Positions 53,803-63,954 of a stretch of 64,000 nt of DNA are shown one piece after another (position 1 is the stretch's first letter; every line of letters starts with the position of its first letter). Below the pieces are notes generated by a model. That model made no database searches. It was not told the origin of the DNA and was given only the letters and a program-made list of their open reading frames with translations. The position numbers were made by a program, and so were the translations under genes. The DNA comes from Cyanobacteriota bacterium. Lineage in GTDB: Bacteria; Cyanobacteriota; Cyanobacteriia; PCC-6307; Cyanobiaceae. The stretch lies in the NCBI GenBank assembly GCA_046052125.1, contig JBJOMY010000002.1, forward strand, positions 477,525 through 541,524. Reading direction: 5' to 3'.

Positions 53803-54150
53803 TCAGAGCAGCTTGAACCCTTCAAGCAGTAGGCCGTAGCTGAACCCGATTCGGGTCATATCGAGTAGTTGCAGACCCAGATGGTCACCTGCCCGTTGCC
53901 TAAGGGGTTTGCGCGCCCGGATCGCCAGTTCAATCAACACCACGCAGATCAGCGCGGCTGCTGGATCCAAGAAGGCCCGCGCGCCGCTGAGTGTGCTCAC
54001 GGCGTTGCCGATCAAAAAGGTGCCCAGCAGCACGATCAGCAGCAGAGAGAGTCGCCGCCAGGGGTTGCGGGCCCATTGCTCCAGCCTTGGCCAGGCCCCG
54101 CCCAGGCTCTGCTGGAGCCGGGTGCGCTGCAGTGGGCGGGAGCTGTTCAA
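53803..54150 (-). CDS. DUF565 / Ycf20-like membrane protein
   Basis: QRTRL, NPWRR and YGLLLEGFKL. Confidence 0.85.
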   Translation of the reverse strand: MNSSRPLQRTRLQQSLGGAWPRLEQWARNPWRRLSLLLIVLLGTFLIGNAVSTLSGARAFLDPAAALICVVLIELAIRARKPLRQRAGDHLGLQLLDMTRIGFSYGLLLEGFKLL

Positions 54151-54157
54151 TCAGAGA

Positions 54158-54355
54158 TCAGCCGTCGCTGTCTTTCTTGCGGGAGCCTTTGCCTTCCAGC
54201 AGCTCCAGCAGCGCTTCCATCTGGGCCATCACACCGCGCACTTCGCCCGCTTCAGGCAGGAGGCCATCGTCCATCACGCCCTGGTGCATCTCGCGCAGTT
54301 CCTGGCGGATGTAGCGCAGGTGACTCACCACCTGCTCGCGCTTCGACTGCGACAT
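54158..54355 (-). CDS. Conserved small helical protein
   Basis: 65-aa ORF with normal codon usage and an amphipathic pattern. Confidence 0.7.
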   Translation of the reverse strand: MSQSKREQVVSHLRYIRQELREMHQGVMDDGLLPEAGEVRGVMAQMEALLELLEGKGSRKKDSDG

Positions 54356-54469
54356 GCGTTCGACTAAGGACGGACTGCTGTGTCCCTTTTACCGCATCGC
54401 CCTCTAGCAGAGACCGGGCCGTGGTCAGCCTGTCGAACCCCACAGGCGTTACACAGCTGGCGATCAGCC

Positions 54470-54631
54470 CTACTTCTGGCCGAATTTGGCCTTGGCCTCT
54501 TCGAAGAAGGCCAGCTCCACGCTGTTCAAGCCAGCTTCCGTGGCCAGCGATTCAATCCGCTTGCGCACCGCTGGGCGAACAAAGAAAGGAATCTCTTTGA
54601 GCTTGGCTTCGGCTTCCGGGCTCCAGTTCAT
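54470..54631 (-). CDS. Stand-alone PCP_red domain protein
   Basis: Manual translation MNWSPEAEAKLKEIPFFVRPAVRKRIESLATEAGLNSVELAFFEEAKAKFGQK; not in the ORF track. Confidence 0.88.
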   Translation of the reverse strand: MNWSPEAEAKLKEIPFFVRPAVRKRIESLATEAGLNSVELAFFEEAKAKFGQK

Positions 54632-54674
54632 TGCCGCTGGCATGGCCAACCTTGAACGTCAGCCCTTGGGTGGA

Positions 54675-54747
54675 TGGAGAATAGGGGACTCGAACCCCTG
54701 ACCTCTGCGGTGCGATCGCAGCGCTCTACCAGCTGAGCTAATTCCCC
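54675..54747 (-). tRNA. tRNA-Ala(CGC)
   Basis: GGGGAAT...ATTCTCC-A with G3:U70; anticodon arm CTGCG-ATCGCAC-CGCAG. Confidence 0.96.
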
Positions 54748-54838
54748 GCTGAACCTCGTTCAACGAGAGTCTGGCGAGAACTTATCAGTCTTTACTGGTG
54801 CTGCTGCGGCTCATCCACTTCACCTGCGGTACCCAGTC

Positions 54839-55054
54839 ATGACCGAGCCCGCTGTGATTACGCCCGAGCTGTTGGCTGGGCTCGATGAGGCATCCGTGGC
54901 CGAGTTGGCCCGCCGCCTTGAAGACGACGACTACCCCAATCCGTTTGACGGATTGAAGGATTGGCATCTGTTGCGCGCCGTTGCCATTCATCGCCCCGAG
55001 CTGGCGCGACCGTATGTGCACCTGGTCGACCAGGAACCCTTTGATGAGGACTGA
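54839..55054 (+). CDS. DUF2555-like protein
   Basis: LARRLEDDDYPNPFDGLKDWHLLRA...EPFDED. Confidence 0.82.
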   Translation: MTEPAVITPELLAGLDEASVAELARRLEDDDYPNPFDGLKDWHLLRAVAIHRPELARPYVHLVDQEPFDED

Positions 55055-55073
55055 CGTCCTACAGCAGGGGCCC

Positions 55074-56312
55074 ATGGATCCCCTGAGCGGGCGCCGCGTG
55101 TTGGTGGGGATCAGCGGCAGCATCGCTGCGGTGAAACTGCCGCTACTGGTGAGCGCCCTTGCCAAGCGCGGGGCTGAGGTTCGTTGTGTGCTCACGCCCA
55201 GCGCCGCCCAGCTGGTGAGCCCTGTGGCCTTGGCCAGCCTCAGCCGAGAGCGCTGCTATCTCGACGCTGATCAGTGGAGCCACACCGCACCGCGTCCGTT
55301 GCATGTGGAGCTGGCGGAGTGGGCGGAGCTGGTGCTGTTAGCTCCGTTGAGCGCCACGAGCCTGGGTCGCTGGGTGCACGGCCTGGGCGACACCCTGCTT
55401 GCCTCCACCTTGCTGGCCACCGAAGCGCCTGTGCTGGCCGCTGCCGCGATGAACACGTCGATGTGGGCGGCGCTGGCGGTGCGTGCCAACTGGGAGCAGC
55501 TGCAGCGCTACGAGCGGGTGCTTCCCCTCGGGCCTGCGGAGGGGCTGTTGGCCTGCGACCGCCAGGGCTCGGGGCGCATGGCTGAGCCTGCGCTGCTGCT
55601 GTTGGCTCTGGAAACCCTGGCTTGCTGGGGCTGGCGGCGTGATTGGCAGGGCCAACGGCTGTTGGTGAGCGCCGGCCCCACGCGCGAATGGCTCGATCCG
55701 GCGCGCTGCATCACCAACCCCAGCAGCGGGCGGATGGGGGTGTTGCTGGCCCAGGCCGCGCGACTCCGCGGCGCGGAGGTGCAGCTGGTGCATGGGCCCC
55801 TGCAGGTGGATCCGGCGTGGCTGGAGGGCTTGCACTGCCATCCGATCAGCACCGGCGCTGAGCTGCAGGCGGCCCTGCAACAGCTGCAGCCCCAAGTGGA
55901 TGCCATTGCCATGGCCGCGGCGGTGGCTGACCATCGCCCGGCCGTGGCCCACAGCCACAAACCCGATAAAGCCGCTGCTGCTGCCGCCATGGCCGCTGGT
56001 TGGGAGCCTGTGTCTGATCTCTTGGTGGAGCTGGTGCAGCGGCGCCAGCTGGGGCAGGTGATTCTCGGGTTCGCGGCCCACAGTGGCGATGTGCTGCCCC
56101 AGGCCCGCGCGAAGTGGGCGCGCAAGGGATGCGATCTGCTGTTCGCTAATCCCATTGATCAGCCTGCCGCGGGTTTTGGCAGCGAGTTCAATCAGGGCTG
56201 GCTGCTCGGGCCAGGTCGCTCGGAAGAGCGTTTCGAGCCGATGAGCAAGCTCGCCTTGGCCCATCGGTTGCTCACGGCATTGCGCCGTTGCGGATCAGGC
56301 GGCGAGCGCTGA
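55074..56312 (+). CDS. coaBC: Phosphopantothenoylcysteine decarboxylase/ligase
   Basis: GSIAAVK, AMNTSMW, LACD..GSGRMAEP, TNPSSGRMG and AAAVAD. Confidence 0.95.
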   Translation: MDPLSGRRVLVGISGSIAAVKLPLLVSALAKRGAEVRCVLTPSAAQLVSPVALASLSRERCYLDADQWSHTAPRPLHVELAEWAELVLLAPLSATSLGRWVHGLGDTLLASTLLATEAPVLAAAAMNTSMWAALAVRANWEQLQRYERVLPLGPAEGLLACDRQGSGRMAEPALLLLALETLACWGWRRDWQGQRLLVSAGPTREWLDPARCITNPSSGRMGVLLAQAARLRGAEVQLVHGPLQVDPAWLEGLHCHPISTGAELQAALQQLQPQVDAIAMAAAVADHRPAVAHSHKPDKAAAAAAMAAGWEPVSDLLVELVQRRQLGQVILGFAAHSGDVLPQARAKWARKGCDLLFANPIDQPAAGFGSEFNQGWLLGPGRSEERFEPMSKLALAHRLLTALRRCGSGGER

Positions 56313-56636
56313 GCTGGAGTCGCCGCTCTGGAGCAGATCCATGAAGGTGCGCAGCTGCAGCCTGGGGATGTAGGGCCAGCCGCCGCTCTTCTCCATGCCC
56401 TGCAGCAGGTTGAACAGCTCACCGCGGTCGGCGGGCAGGCTGGAGCGGAAGGGGCCGTCTTGGATGTTGCGGTGCAGTTCCTCGAGGCGGCGCAGCAGGA
56501 GCAGCAGTGCCTCAGGCTCGCCGTCCACCTCGTCGGACAGCGACTGGATGCTGAGGAGCTCTTCGCTCAGTCGCGCTTCCCAGTCGCCTCTGGCCAGGCT
56601 GGTGGTCGCCTGAAGATCGCTGCTGCCGTCCGTCAT
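56295..56636 (-). CDS. Conserved hypothetical protein
   Basis: LLLLLRRLEELHRNI...LP..R...GGWPYIPR. Confidence 0.78.
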   Translation of the reverse strand: MTDGSSDLQATTSLARGDWEARLSEELLSIQSLSDEVDGEPEALLLLLRRLEELHRNIQDGPFRSSLPADRGELFNLLQGMEKSGGWPYIPRLQLRTFMDLLQSGDSSSALAA

Positions 56637-56776
56637 TCGTTCCTGGTCGTCCGCCCTCGCATACAGGTTGTTGAGAGCCGCGACATGGTACGCGGAATGG
56701 GCTTTTTGCACCGGTAGTATCCGCAGCGGGCGCACCCCCAATCAGAGGTTTTCCCCTGCCAGACCGGCTTCTCCCC

Positions 56777-57598
56777 ATGCGATTCCGTCCCCTGCTGGCC
56801 CTCGTGCTGGCGCTCTGTCTCACCCTCGTGACCGCCTGCAGTGGCGGCGCCAAGGCTGTTGACCGGGCCAACCTCACCTACGACGACATCCACAACACCG
56901 GTCTGGCTAACGACTGCCCGACCCTGCCCGATTCGGCTCGGGGTTCGATCAGCCTTGACGCCTCTGCCAAATATCAGCTGCGTGAAGTGTGCATGCACCC
57001 CTCTGAGGTGTACGTGAAGGGTGAGCCCGCCAACAAGCGCCAGGAAGCGCAGTTCGTGCCCACCAAGATCCTCACCCGCTTCACCACCAGCCTGGATCAG
57101 GTGTACGGCGATCTGGCGGTGAGCGGTGACGCCATCAACTTCCAGGAGCAAGGCGGCATCGACTTCCAGATCATGACCGTGCTGCTGCCCGGTGGCGAGG
57201 AAGTGCCCTTCACCTTCTCCAGCAAGGATCTCGACGCCACCGCTGACGGTGCTGCAATCACCACCAGCACCGATCTCAACGGCAACTACCGCGTTCCCAG
57301 CTACCGCACGTCGAACTTCCTCGATCCCAAAGGTCGTGCCCTCACCACCGGTGTGCAGTACGCCCAGGGCCTGGTGGCTCTGAATGGTCAAGACGAGGAG
57401 CTCGCCCGCGAGAACAGCAAGCGCTACATCGACGGCACTGGTGAGATGAATCTCTCGATCACCAAGGTGGATGCGTCCACCGGTGAATTCGCTGGTGTGT
57501 TCACCGCTATTCAGCCTTCCGACACGGACATGGGTAGCCACGATCCCGTGGACGTGAAGATCACCGGTCAGCTTTACGGCCGCCTCGAGAAGATCTGA
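56777..57598 (+). CDS. psbO: Photosystem II manganese-stabilizing protein
   Basis: TYDDIHNTGLANDCP, GIDFQ, VPSYRTSNFLDPKGR and QPSDTDMG. Confidence 0.98.
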   Translation: MRFRPLLALVLALCLTLVTACSGGAKAVDRANLTYDDIHNTGLANDCPTLPDSARGSISLDASAKYQLREVCMHPSEVYVKGEPANKRQEAQFVPTKILTRFTTSLDQVYGDLAVSGDAINFQEQGGIDFQIMTVLLPGGEEVPFTFSSKDLDATADGAAITTSTDLNGNYRVPSYRTSNFLDPKGRALTTGVQYAQGLVALNGQDEELARENSKRYIDGTGEMNLSITKVDASTGEFAGVFTAIQPSDTDMGSHDPVDVKITGQLYGRLEKI

Positions 57599-57639
57599 AC
57601 CTCTGGCTGATCGCCTGGGCTCAAGAGAACACAAGCCCT

Positions 57640-57662
57640 GGGGCCTGTAAGGCCCCTTTTTT
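57640..57662 (+). terminator. Intrinsic terminator after psbO
   Basis: GGGGCC-TGTAA-GGCCCC-TTTTTT. Confidence 0.85.
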
Positions 57663-57732
57663 GTGCCCGCCGCCGGCAGGCCTGTGGGTCCGCTCTGGGA
57701 GAATCGGCGCCATTGACCAACTCCCCGCCGTT

Positions 57733-58899
57733 ATGACCAGCACCGTTGCTGCCTCCAAGGGCCTGATCGCACCCCATGGCGGCAGCCTGGTGGACCTGCG
57801 GGTGCCGGCTGAGCAGCGCGAGGCGGTGAAGGCGGGCGTGGACCACGTGGTGGAGTGCTCCGATCGCAATGCCTGCGATGTGGAGCTGCTGATGGTGGGT
57901 GGCTTCTCGCCCCTGCGTGGCTTCATGCACCAGGACGACTACCAGTCGGTGGTGGACAGCAACCGCACCACCAGTGGCCTGCTGTTCGGCCTGCCGATCG
58001 TGATGGACACCCAGCGCGATGACATCGCGGTGGGCCACAAGCTGCTGCTCACCTACCGCGGTCAGGAGCTGGCTGTGATGACGGTGGAGAGCAAGTGGGA
58101 ACCCGACAAGGCCCGTGAGGCCGTGGGTTGCTACGGCACCTCGTCGCTCGAGCACCCGGCCGTGAAGATGATCGCCACCGAGCGCGGTCGCTACTACCTC
58201 GGGGGAGCCATCCAGGGGCTGGAGCTGCCTGCGCGCGTCTTCCCCTGCAAAACCCCGGCTGAAGTGCGCGCCACCCTGCCCGAGGGGCAGGACGTGGTGG
58301 CCTTCCAGTGCCGTAACCCCATCCACCGCGCTCACTACGAGCTGTTCACCCGCGCCCTCGACGCCACCAACGTGAGTGATGGCGGCGTGGTGCTGGTGCA
58401 CCCCACATGCGGCCCCACCCAGGACGACGACATCTCCGGTGAGGTGCGCTTCCAGACCTATGAGCGTCTGGCCGCCGAGGTGAACAACCCCCGCATCCGC
58501 TGGGCCTACCTGCCCTACTCGATGCACATGGCTGGCCCGCGTGAGGCGTTGCAGCACATGATCATCCGTAAGAACTACGGCTGCACCCACTTCATCATTG
58601 GCCGCGACATGGCGGGCTGCAAGAGCTCGATCAGCGGCGACGACTTTTACGGCCCCTATCAGGCACAGGATTTCGCCCGCGACAACGCTCCCGAACTCGG
58701 CATGGAAACCGTGCCCTCCCTCAACCTGGTGTTCACCGAGGAGGAGGGCTATGTCACGGCTGAGCACGCCGAGGCCCGCGGCCTGCACGTGAAGAAGCTC
58801 AGCGGCACCCAGTTCCGCAAGATGCTGCGCAGCGGCGAGGAGATCCCTGAGTGGTTCGCCTTCCGCAGTGTGGTGGAGGTTCTGCGATCTGCCGCCTGA
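57733..58899 (+). CDS. sat: Sulfate adenylyltransferase
   Basis: GGFSPLRGFM, AFQCRNPIHRAH, AGPREA and THFIIGRD. Confidence 0.96.
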   Translation: MTSTVAASKGLIAPHGGSLVDLRVPAEQREAVKAGVDHVVECSDRNACDVELLMVGGFSPLRGFMHQDDYQSVVDSNRTTSGLLFGLPIVMDTQRDDIAVGHKLLLTYRGQELAVMTVESKWEPDKAREAVGCYGTSSLEHPAVKMIATERGRYYLGGAIQGLELPARVFPCKTPAEVRATLPEGQDVVAFQCRNPIHRAHYELFTRALDATNVSDGGVVLVHPTCGPTQDDDISGEVRFQTYERLAAEVNNPRIRWAYLPYSMHMAGPREALQHMIIRKNYGCTHFIIGRDMAGCKSSISGDDFYGPYQAQDFARDNAPELGMETVPSLNLVFTEEEGYVTAEHAEARGLHVKKLSGTQFRKMLRSGEEIPEWFAFRSVVEVLRSAA

Positions 58900-58936
58900 G
58901 AGCGGTTAACATTCCTTAATCACAGCGGAGAATCAA

Positions 58937-60781
58937 GTGAAGAAGCGCTGGCGTAATGCGGGCCTCTACGTGCTCCTGGCCGTGGTGGTGATCGCTGTGG
59001 GCACGGCCTTCCTCGACCGCCCCGATCCGGCCAATGCGCCGCGCACGCTTCGCTACAGCGATTTCGTGGAGGCTGTTGAGGGCAATGAGGTGTCGCGGGT
59101 GCTGATCGCCCCCGATCGCGGCACTGCCCAGGTGGTGGAGAACAACGGCCAGCGCGCCGTGGTGAACCTCGCTCCCGACAAAGACCTGCTCAAGCTGCTG
59201 GAAGACCACAAAGTTGATATCGCGGTTGAGCCCTCCCGTCAGGCCCAGCCCTGGCAGCAGGCGATCGGTTCGCTGATCTTCCCGCTGCTGCTCCTCGGCG
59301 GCCTGTTCTTCCTGTTGCGCCGAGCGCAAGGTGGTGGTGGCAACCCCGCCATGAACTTCGGCAAGAGCAAGGCGCGGGTGCAGATGGAGCCCCAAACCCA
59401 GGTCACCTTTGGTGATGTGGCCGGTATTGAGGGCGCCAAGCTTGAGCTCACCGAGGTGGTCGACTTCCTCAAGAACCCCGATCGCTTCACCGCCGTCGGC
59501 GCCAAGATTCCCAAGGGCGTTCTGCTGGTGGGTCCTCCGGGTACCGGTAAAACCCTGCTCGCTAAGGCCGTAGCCGGCGAAGCGGGTGTGCCTTTCTTCT
59601 CGATCTCTGGTTCGGAGTTCGTGGAGATGTTCGTGGGCGTCGGCGCCAGCCGCGTGCGCGACCTGTTCGAGCAGGCCAAGAAGAACGCCCCCTGCATCGT
59701 GTTCATCGACGAGATCGATGCCGTGGGCCGTCAGCGCGGTGCCGGCCTCGGCGGCGGCAACGACGAGCGCGAGCAGACCCTCAACCAGCTGCTCACCGAG
59801 ATGGACGGCTTCGAGGGCAACACCGGCATCATCATCGTGGCGGCCACCAACCGCCCCGACGTGCTGGATGCCGCGCTGATGCGTCCGGGCCGTTTCGATC
59901 GCCAGGTGGTGGTCGATCGCCCGGATTACGCCGGTCGTCTCCAGATCCTCGGCGTGCATGCCCGCGGCAAAACCCTTGCCAAGGATGTGGACCTCGACAA
60001 GATCGCCCGCCGTACCCCTGGGTACACCGGTGCCGACCTCGCCAACCTGCTCAACGAAGCAGCGATCCTCGCTGCTCGCCGTGAGCTCACCGAAATCTCG
60101 ATGGATGAGGTGAACGACGCGATCGAGCGCGTGATGGCTGGTCCTGAGAAGAAAGACCGCGTGATGAGCGAGAAGCGCAAGCGCCTCGTGGCTTATCACG
60201 AAGCCGGCCACGCCCTGGTGGGTGCGCTGATGCCCGACTACGACCCGGTGCAGAAGATCTCGATCATTCCGCGCGGCAACGCTGGTGGTCTCACCTTCTT
60301 CACCCCCAGTGAAGAGCGGATGGAATCGGGCCTCTACTCCCGCGCTTATCTGCAGAACCAGATGGCTGTTGCCCTCGGCGGCCGCGTCGCTGAAGAGATC
60401 GTCTACGGCGAAGACGAAGTCACCACCGGTGCGTCCAACGACCTCCAGCAGGTGGCCCGCGTGGCCCGTCAGATGGTGACCCGCTTCGGCATGAGCGATC
60501 GCCTCGGCCCTGTGGCCCTGGGCCGCAGCCAGGGCGGCATGTTCCTCGGCCGCGATATCGCCGCCGAGCGCGACTTCTCCGAAGACACCGCTGCTGCCAT
60601 CGATGAAGAGGTGAGCCAACTGGTGGCTGAGGCCTACAAGCGCGCCACCGCCGTGCTCAATGGCAACCGCACGGTGCTCGATGAGCTGGCCGAAATGCTG
60701 GTGGAGCATGAAACCGTCGACGCCGAGGACCTGCAAGAGCTGCTGATTCGCAGCGATGTTCGGGTTGCCGAGTACGTCTGA
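58937..60781 (+). CDS. ftsH: ATP-dependent zinc metalloprotease FtsH (FtsH3-like)
   Basis: WRNAGLY N-terminus, [14 protein letters not shown] and HEAGH. Confidence 0.98.
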   Translation: MKKRWRNAGLYVLLAVVVIAVGTAFLDRPDPANAPRTLRYSDFVEAVEGNEVSRVLIAPDRGTAQVVENNGQRAVVNLAPDKDLLKLLEDHKVDIAVEPSRQAQPWQQAIGSLIFPLLLLGGLFFLLRRAQGGGGNPAMNFGKSKARVQMEPQTQVTFGDVAGIEGAKLELTEVVDFLKNPDRFTAVGAKIPKGVLLVGPPGTGKTLLAKAVAGEAGVPFFSISGSEFVEMFVGVGASRVRDLFEQAKKNAPCIVFIDEIDAVGRQRGAGLGGGNDEREQTLNQLLTEMDGFEGNTGIIIVAATNRPDVLDAALMRPGRFDRQVVVDRPDYAGRLQILGVHARGKTLAKDVDLDKIARRTPGYTGADLANLLNEAAILAARRELTEISMDEVNDAIERVMAGPEKKDRVMSEKRKRLVAYHEAGHALVGALMPDYDPVQKISIIPRGNAGGLTFFTPSEERMESGLYSRAYLQNQMAVALGGRVAEEIVYGEDEVTTGASNDLQQVARVARQMVTRFGMSDRLGPVALGRSQGGMFLGRDIAAERDFSEDTAAAIDEEVSQLVAEAYKRATAVLNGNRTVLDELAEMLVEHETVDAEDLQELLIRSDVRVAEYV

Positions 60782-61403
60782 TCCTTCAGCGCTGTTAAGC
60801 GGTCTGCGCCGCCTGCCCCTGCTGGCGGTGCTCAGACCCAATTCACTTGAACAGGCTCGCCTGCAGCTCAGCCAGCTGCAACAGGCTGGCCTTTCGCATG
60901 TGGAGTTGGCTGTTCAGCTCACACCGGAGTGGCGGCAGATGGCGGCCGCTCTGGTGCATGAGTTTCCGGGTTTGCAGCTGGGTGCTGCGTCCGTGCGCTG
61001 TTCAGCGGGCTTGGACGCTGTCTGTGAGGCGGGCCTTGGCTACGCGGTCTCGCCGATTCTTGACCCTGAGCTGTTGGAGCAGGCGGCGGCTGCGTCGATC
61101 ACGCTGGTGCCAGGGGTGTTCAGCCCTACGGAGATCGCCGCAGCGGTGCGCTGGGGTGCGCCGGCGGTGAAGCTCTATCCAGCAGCAGTCCTAGGAGCGA
61201 ACTACTGGCGTTCTCTGGCTGGGCCCCTGCATCCATTGCCCTTCTGCATTGCTGCCGGTGGCTTGGCTGTGGCGGATGCGGAGCCGTGGCTGGGGGCTGG
61301 AGTGAATGCGCTGGCGCTGGGCAGCAGCCTGTTCGCCGGCGACGCCCTGGATCCAGCCCTGAGCTCACTTGTTGTCAAGCTGAGATCAAAGTGCTACCCC
61401 TGA
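60756..61403 (+). CDS. eda: KHG/KDPG aldolase
   Basis: LLAVLR, LGAASV, AVSP, PGVFSPTE, VKLYPA and AAGG; start uncertain. Confidence 0.85.
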   Translation: MFGLPSTSDPSALLSGLRRLPLLAVLRPNSLEQARLQLSQLQQAGLSHVELAVQLTPEWRQMAAALVHEFPGLQLGAASVRCSAGLDAVCEAGLGYAVSPILDPELLEQAAAASITLVPGVFSPTEIAAAVRWGAPAVKLYPAAVLGANYWRSLAGPLHPLPFCIAAGGLAVADAEPWLGAGVNALALGSSLFAGDALDPALSSLVVKLRSKCYP

Positions 61404-61422
61404 GATAGACGTTGTTGTCTGC

Positions 61423-62052
61423 ATGTCTCAGCTCACCATCAAGCTCAGCGACAAGGCCGATGCCTTGATCGCTCAGCTTCAAAAGGAGATTTTCAATCGC
61501 CGCCGCAAGAAGGTTTCAGCCTCCGGTGTGGTGGAGACCCTCGTGGAAAGCGGCGCCAAGTCGCAGTCGGACAAGCGCTTTGCCACCTCCTGGAAAAACC
61601 TGATCAGCGACATTGAAAAAGCGGCCAAGCTCGCCAATGCCCATGGCAGCAAGCCCGCCAACCTGAGCGATGCGGAATGGGCGTTGGTGCTCAGCCATCG
61701 CGCCCGCAGCACTGGCACGGCCAAATCCGCCGCCAAACCAGCCGCCAAGCGTGCAGCCAAGGCGCCCGCAGCACGCAAACCTGCTGCCAAGAAAGCGCCT
61801 GCGCCGGCCAAGGCAGCTGCAGCCAGCAAGCCCGCGGCGAAAGCCAAGCCCAAGCCGGCGAAGGCCGCCCGCAATCCCGTGAAGAAGACGGCCGCCAAGG
61901 GCACAGCGGTGAAGGCCGCCGCTAAGGCCAAGCCAGCGTCAGCGCGCAGTTCAGTGGCGCGGCGCATGGCCAAGGCGGTGAGCCGGCTCAACACCTCAGC
62001 GCCCGCTGCAGTGAGCAGCAATGGCGCCGGTCAGCTCACCACTGTGAGCTGA
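61423..62052 (+). CDS. Putative DNA-binding protein with a Lys/Ala/Pro-rich histone-H1-like tail
   Basis: N-terminal [20 protein letters not shown]-terminal PAAK/KPAA repeats. Confidence 0.75.
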   Translation: MSQLTIKLSDKADALIAQLQKEIFNRRRKKVSASGVVETLVESGAKSQSDKRFATSWKNLISDIEKAAKLANAHGSKPANLSDAEWALVLSHRARSTGTAKSAAKPAAKRAAKAPAARKPAAKKAPAPAKAAAASKPAAKAKPKPAKAARNPVKKTAAKGTAVKAAAKAKPASARSSVARRMAKAVSRLNTSAPAAVSSNGAGQLTTVS

Positions 62053-63133
62053 GGCTGCACTGACCCTGCTGCCGCAGCAGGTGATCGGCCAGCACAAGGG
62101 CCACCATCGCTTCCACCATCGGCACTGCCCTCGGCAACACGCAAGGGTCGTGCCGTCCTTTGGCTTCCAGCGTGGTGGCCTCACCGCGGGCATTGATGGT
62201 TTGCTGAGCCTTGCGAATCGTGGCCGTGGGTTTGAACGCCACGCGAATCACGATCGGCTCGCCGTTGCTGATGCCCCCTTGGATGCCGCCTGAGTTGTTG
62301 GTGGCGGTGTGCAGGCTGCCGTCGGCTGTCGGCAGGAAGGCGTCGTTGTGTTCGCTGCCCTTTTGAAGCGTTCCAGCAAAACCCGAGCCGATCTCGAATC
62401 CCTTGGTGGCCGGCAGCGACATCACGGCCTTGGCCAGATCAGCTTCGAGTTTGTCGAACACCGGCATACCGAGCCCGGCCGGCACATGCCGCACCACACA
62501 CTCGATCACGCCGCCACAGGAATCGCCTTCGCGGCCGATCGCCTCGATCCGCTCGATCATCTGCTCCGCCATGGCGGCATCCGGGCAGCGCACGATGTTG
62601 CTCTCCACCGCCTCGAGGCTCACGCTGCTCGGATCCACTGAGGCTTCCAGGGTGTGGATGCGCTTCACCCAGGCGATCACCTCGGTGCCATGGGCCTTGG
62701 CGAGGAGTTGTTTGGCGATGGCGCCAGCTGCTACTCGGCCGATGGTTTCTCGCGCTGAGGCTCTGCCGCCGCCACTGCGCGCCTGGATGCCGTATTTGGC
62801 CTGGTAGGTCGCATCGGCGTGGGAGGGGCGGAACGCCACCTCCATCTCCTTGTAATCCTGAGGGCGCTGATCCTTGTTGCGCACCACCATCGCGATGGGG
62901 GTACCGAGGGTCACGCCATCGAGAAGGCCGCTGAGGATCTCCACGCGGTCGTCTTCTTTGCGGGGCGTTGTGATCTTGCTCTGGCCGGGTTTGCGGCGAT
63001 CGAGCTCAGCCTGGATGGCTTCGAGATCCAGCTGGAGCTTCGGCGGACAGCCCTCCACGATCACCCCGACCCCTCCGCCGTGGGATTCACCGAAGGTGCT
63101 GATGCGAAAAAGGTCGCCGAAGCTGCTGCCCAT
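62036..63133 (-). CDS. aroC: Chorismate synthase
   Basis: [33 protein letters not shown] and GRHDPCV. Confidence 0.98.
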   Translation of the reverse strand: MGSSFGDLFRISTFGESHGGGVGVIVEGCPPKLQLDLEAIQAELDRRKPGQSKITTPRKEDDRVEILSGLLDGVTLGTPIAMVVRNKDQRPQDYKEMEVAFRPSHADATYQAKYGIQARSGGGRASARETIGRVAAGAIAKQLLAKAHGTEVIAWVKRIHTLEASVDPSSVSLEAVESNIVRCPDAAMAEQMIERIEAIGREGDSCGGVIECVVRHVPAGLGMPVFDKLEADLAKAVMSLPATKGFEIGSGFAGTLQKGSEHNDAFLPTADGSLHTATNNSGGIQGGISNGEPIVIRVAFKPTATIRKAQQTINARGEATTLEAKGRHDPCVLPRAVPMVEAMVALVLADHLLRQQGQCSLSSQW

Positions 63134-63193
63134 GGCTGGAGTGCGCTGGAGCGAGCCTACAAACTGGGCTCAGGTTTCAGCTTTGGGGATCCG

Positions 63194-63847
63194 GTGAGAA
63201 AGCAGGAGCGTGCCGCTCTGATCATGCAGAGGCTTGAGCAGCACTATCCCGAAACACCGGTGCCGCTCGATCACAGCGATCCCTTCACCCTGTTGATTGC
63301 GGTGCTGCTGAGCGCCCAGTGCACCGACAAAAAGGTGAACGAAGTCACCCCAGCGTTGTTTGCCGCCGGACCCACGCCGGCGGCCATGGCGGCGTTACCA
63401 GAAGCCACGATCCTGGGATACATCCGTCAGTTGGGGCTGGCCAAAACGAAGGCGCGCAATGTGAAGCGCCTGGCGGAATTGCTGTTGGAGCGCCATGGCG
63501 GTGAGGTGCCCAGCAGTTTCGCTGCGCTGGAGGCTCTGCCTGGGGTTGGACATAAGACAGCTTCGGTGGTGATGGCCCAAGCCTTTGGCGTGCCGGCCTT
63601 CCCTGTGGATACGCACATCCATCGACTCGCCCAGCGTTGGGGCCTCAGCAGTGGCGTGAGCGTGACCCGAACCGAAACCGATCTGAAGCGGCTCTTCCCC
63701 AAGCAGGCGTGGAACAAGCTGCATCTGCAGATCATTTTTTATGGCCGCGAGTTTTGTACCGCTCGCGGTTGTGATGGGCGGGTGTGTCCGCTCTGCCGCG
63801 AGTTGTATCCGAATCGGCGCAAACCGGTGGCGTGGATCAAGGCCTGA
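63194..63847 (+). CDS. nth: Endonuclease III
   Basis: LLSAQCTD, HhH LPGVGHKTA, FPVDTHIHR and CTARGC...CPLC. Confidence 0.96.
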   Translation: MRKQERAALIMQRLEQHYPETPVPLDHSDPFTLLIAVLLSAQCTDKKVNEVTPALFAAGPTPAAMAALPEATILGYIRQLGLAKTKARNVKRLAELLLERHGGEVPSSFAALEALPGVGHKTASVVMAQAFGVPAFPVDTHIHRLAQRWGLSSGVSVTRTETDLKRLFPKQAWNKLHLQIIFYGREFCTARGCDGRVCPLCRELYPNRRKPVAWIKA

Positions 63848-63886
63848 AGGGCATCAGGAATCTGGTGCTTGCCCAAGCGTTACCAA

Positions 63887-63916
63887 CAAAAAAGCCCCTG
63901 CCGTAGCAGGGGCTTT
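63887..63916 (-). terminator. Intrinsic terminator of psbA (possibly bidirectional)
   Basis: AAAAAAAGCCCCTGC-CGTA-GCAGGGGCTTT on the plus strand. Confidence 0.85.
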
Positions 63917-63954
63917 CTGATCCAACCGAGGTTGAATCTTGTAGAGGTTCAACC

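Noticed and set aside
54434..54442. TCGAACCCC match to the tRNA-Ala T-arm, as a possible att remnant
   Set aside because: Only 9 bp, it lies within a local hairpin, and no integrase is present.
62819..63193. N-terminal extension of the nth ORF
   Set aside because: It is antisense to aroC, and Nth similarity begins near 63194.
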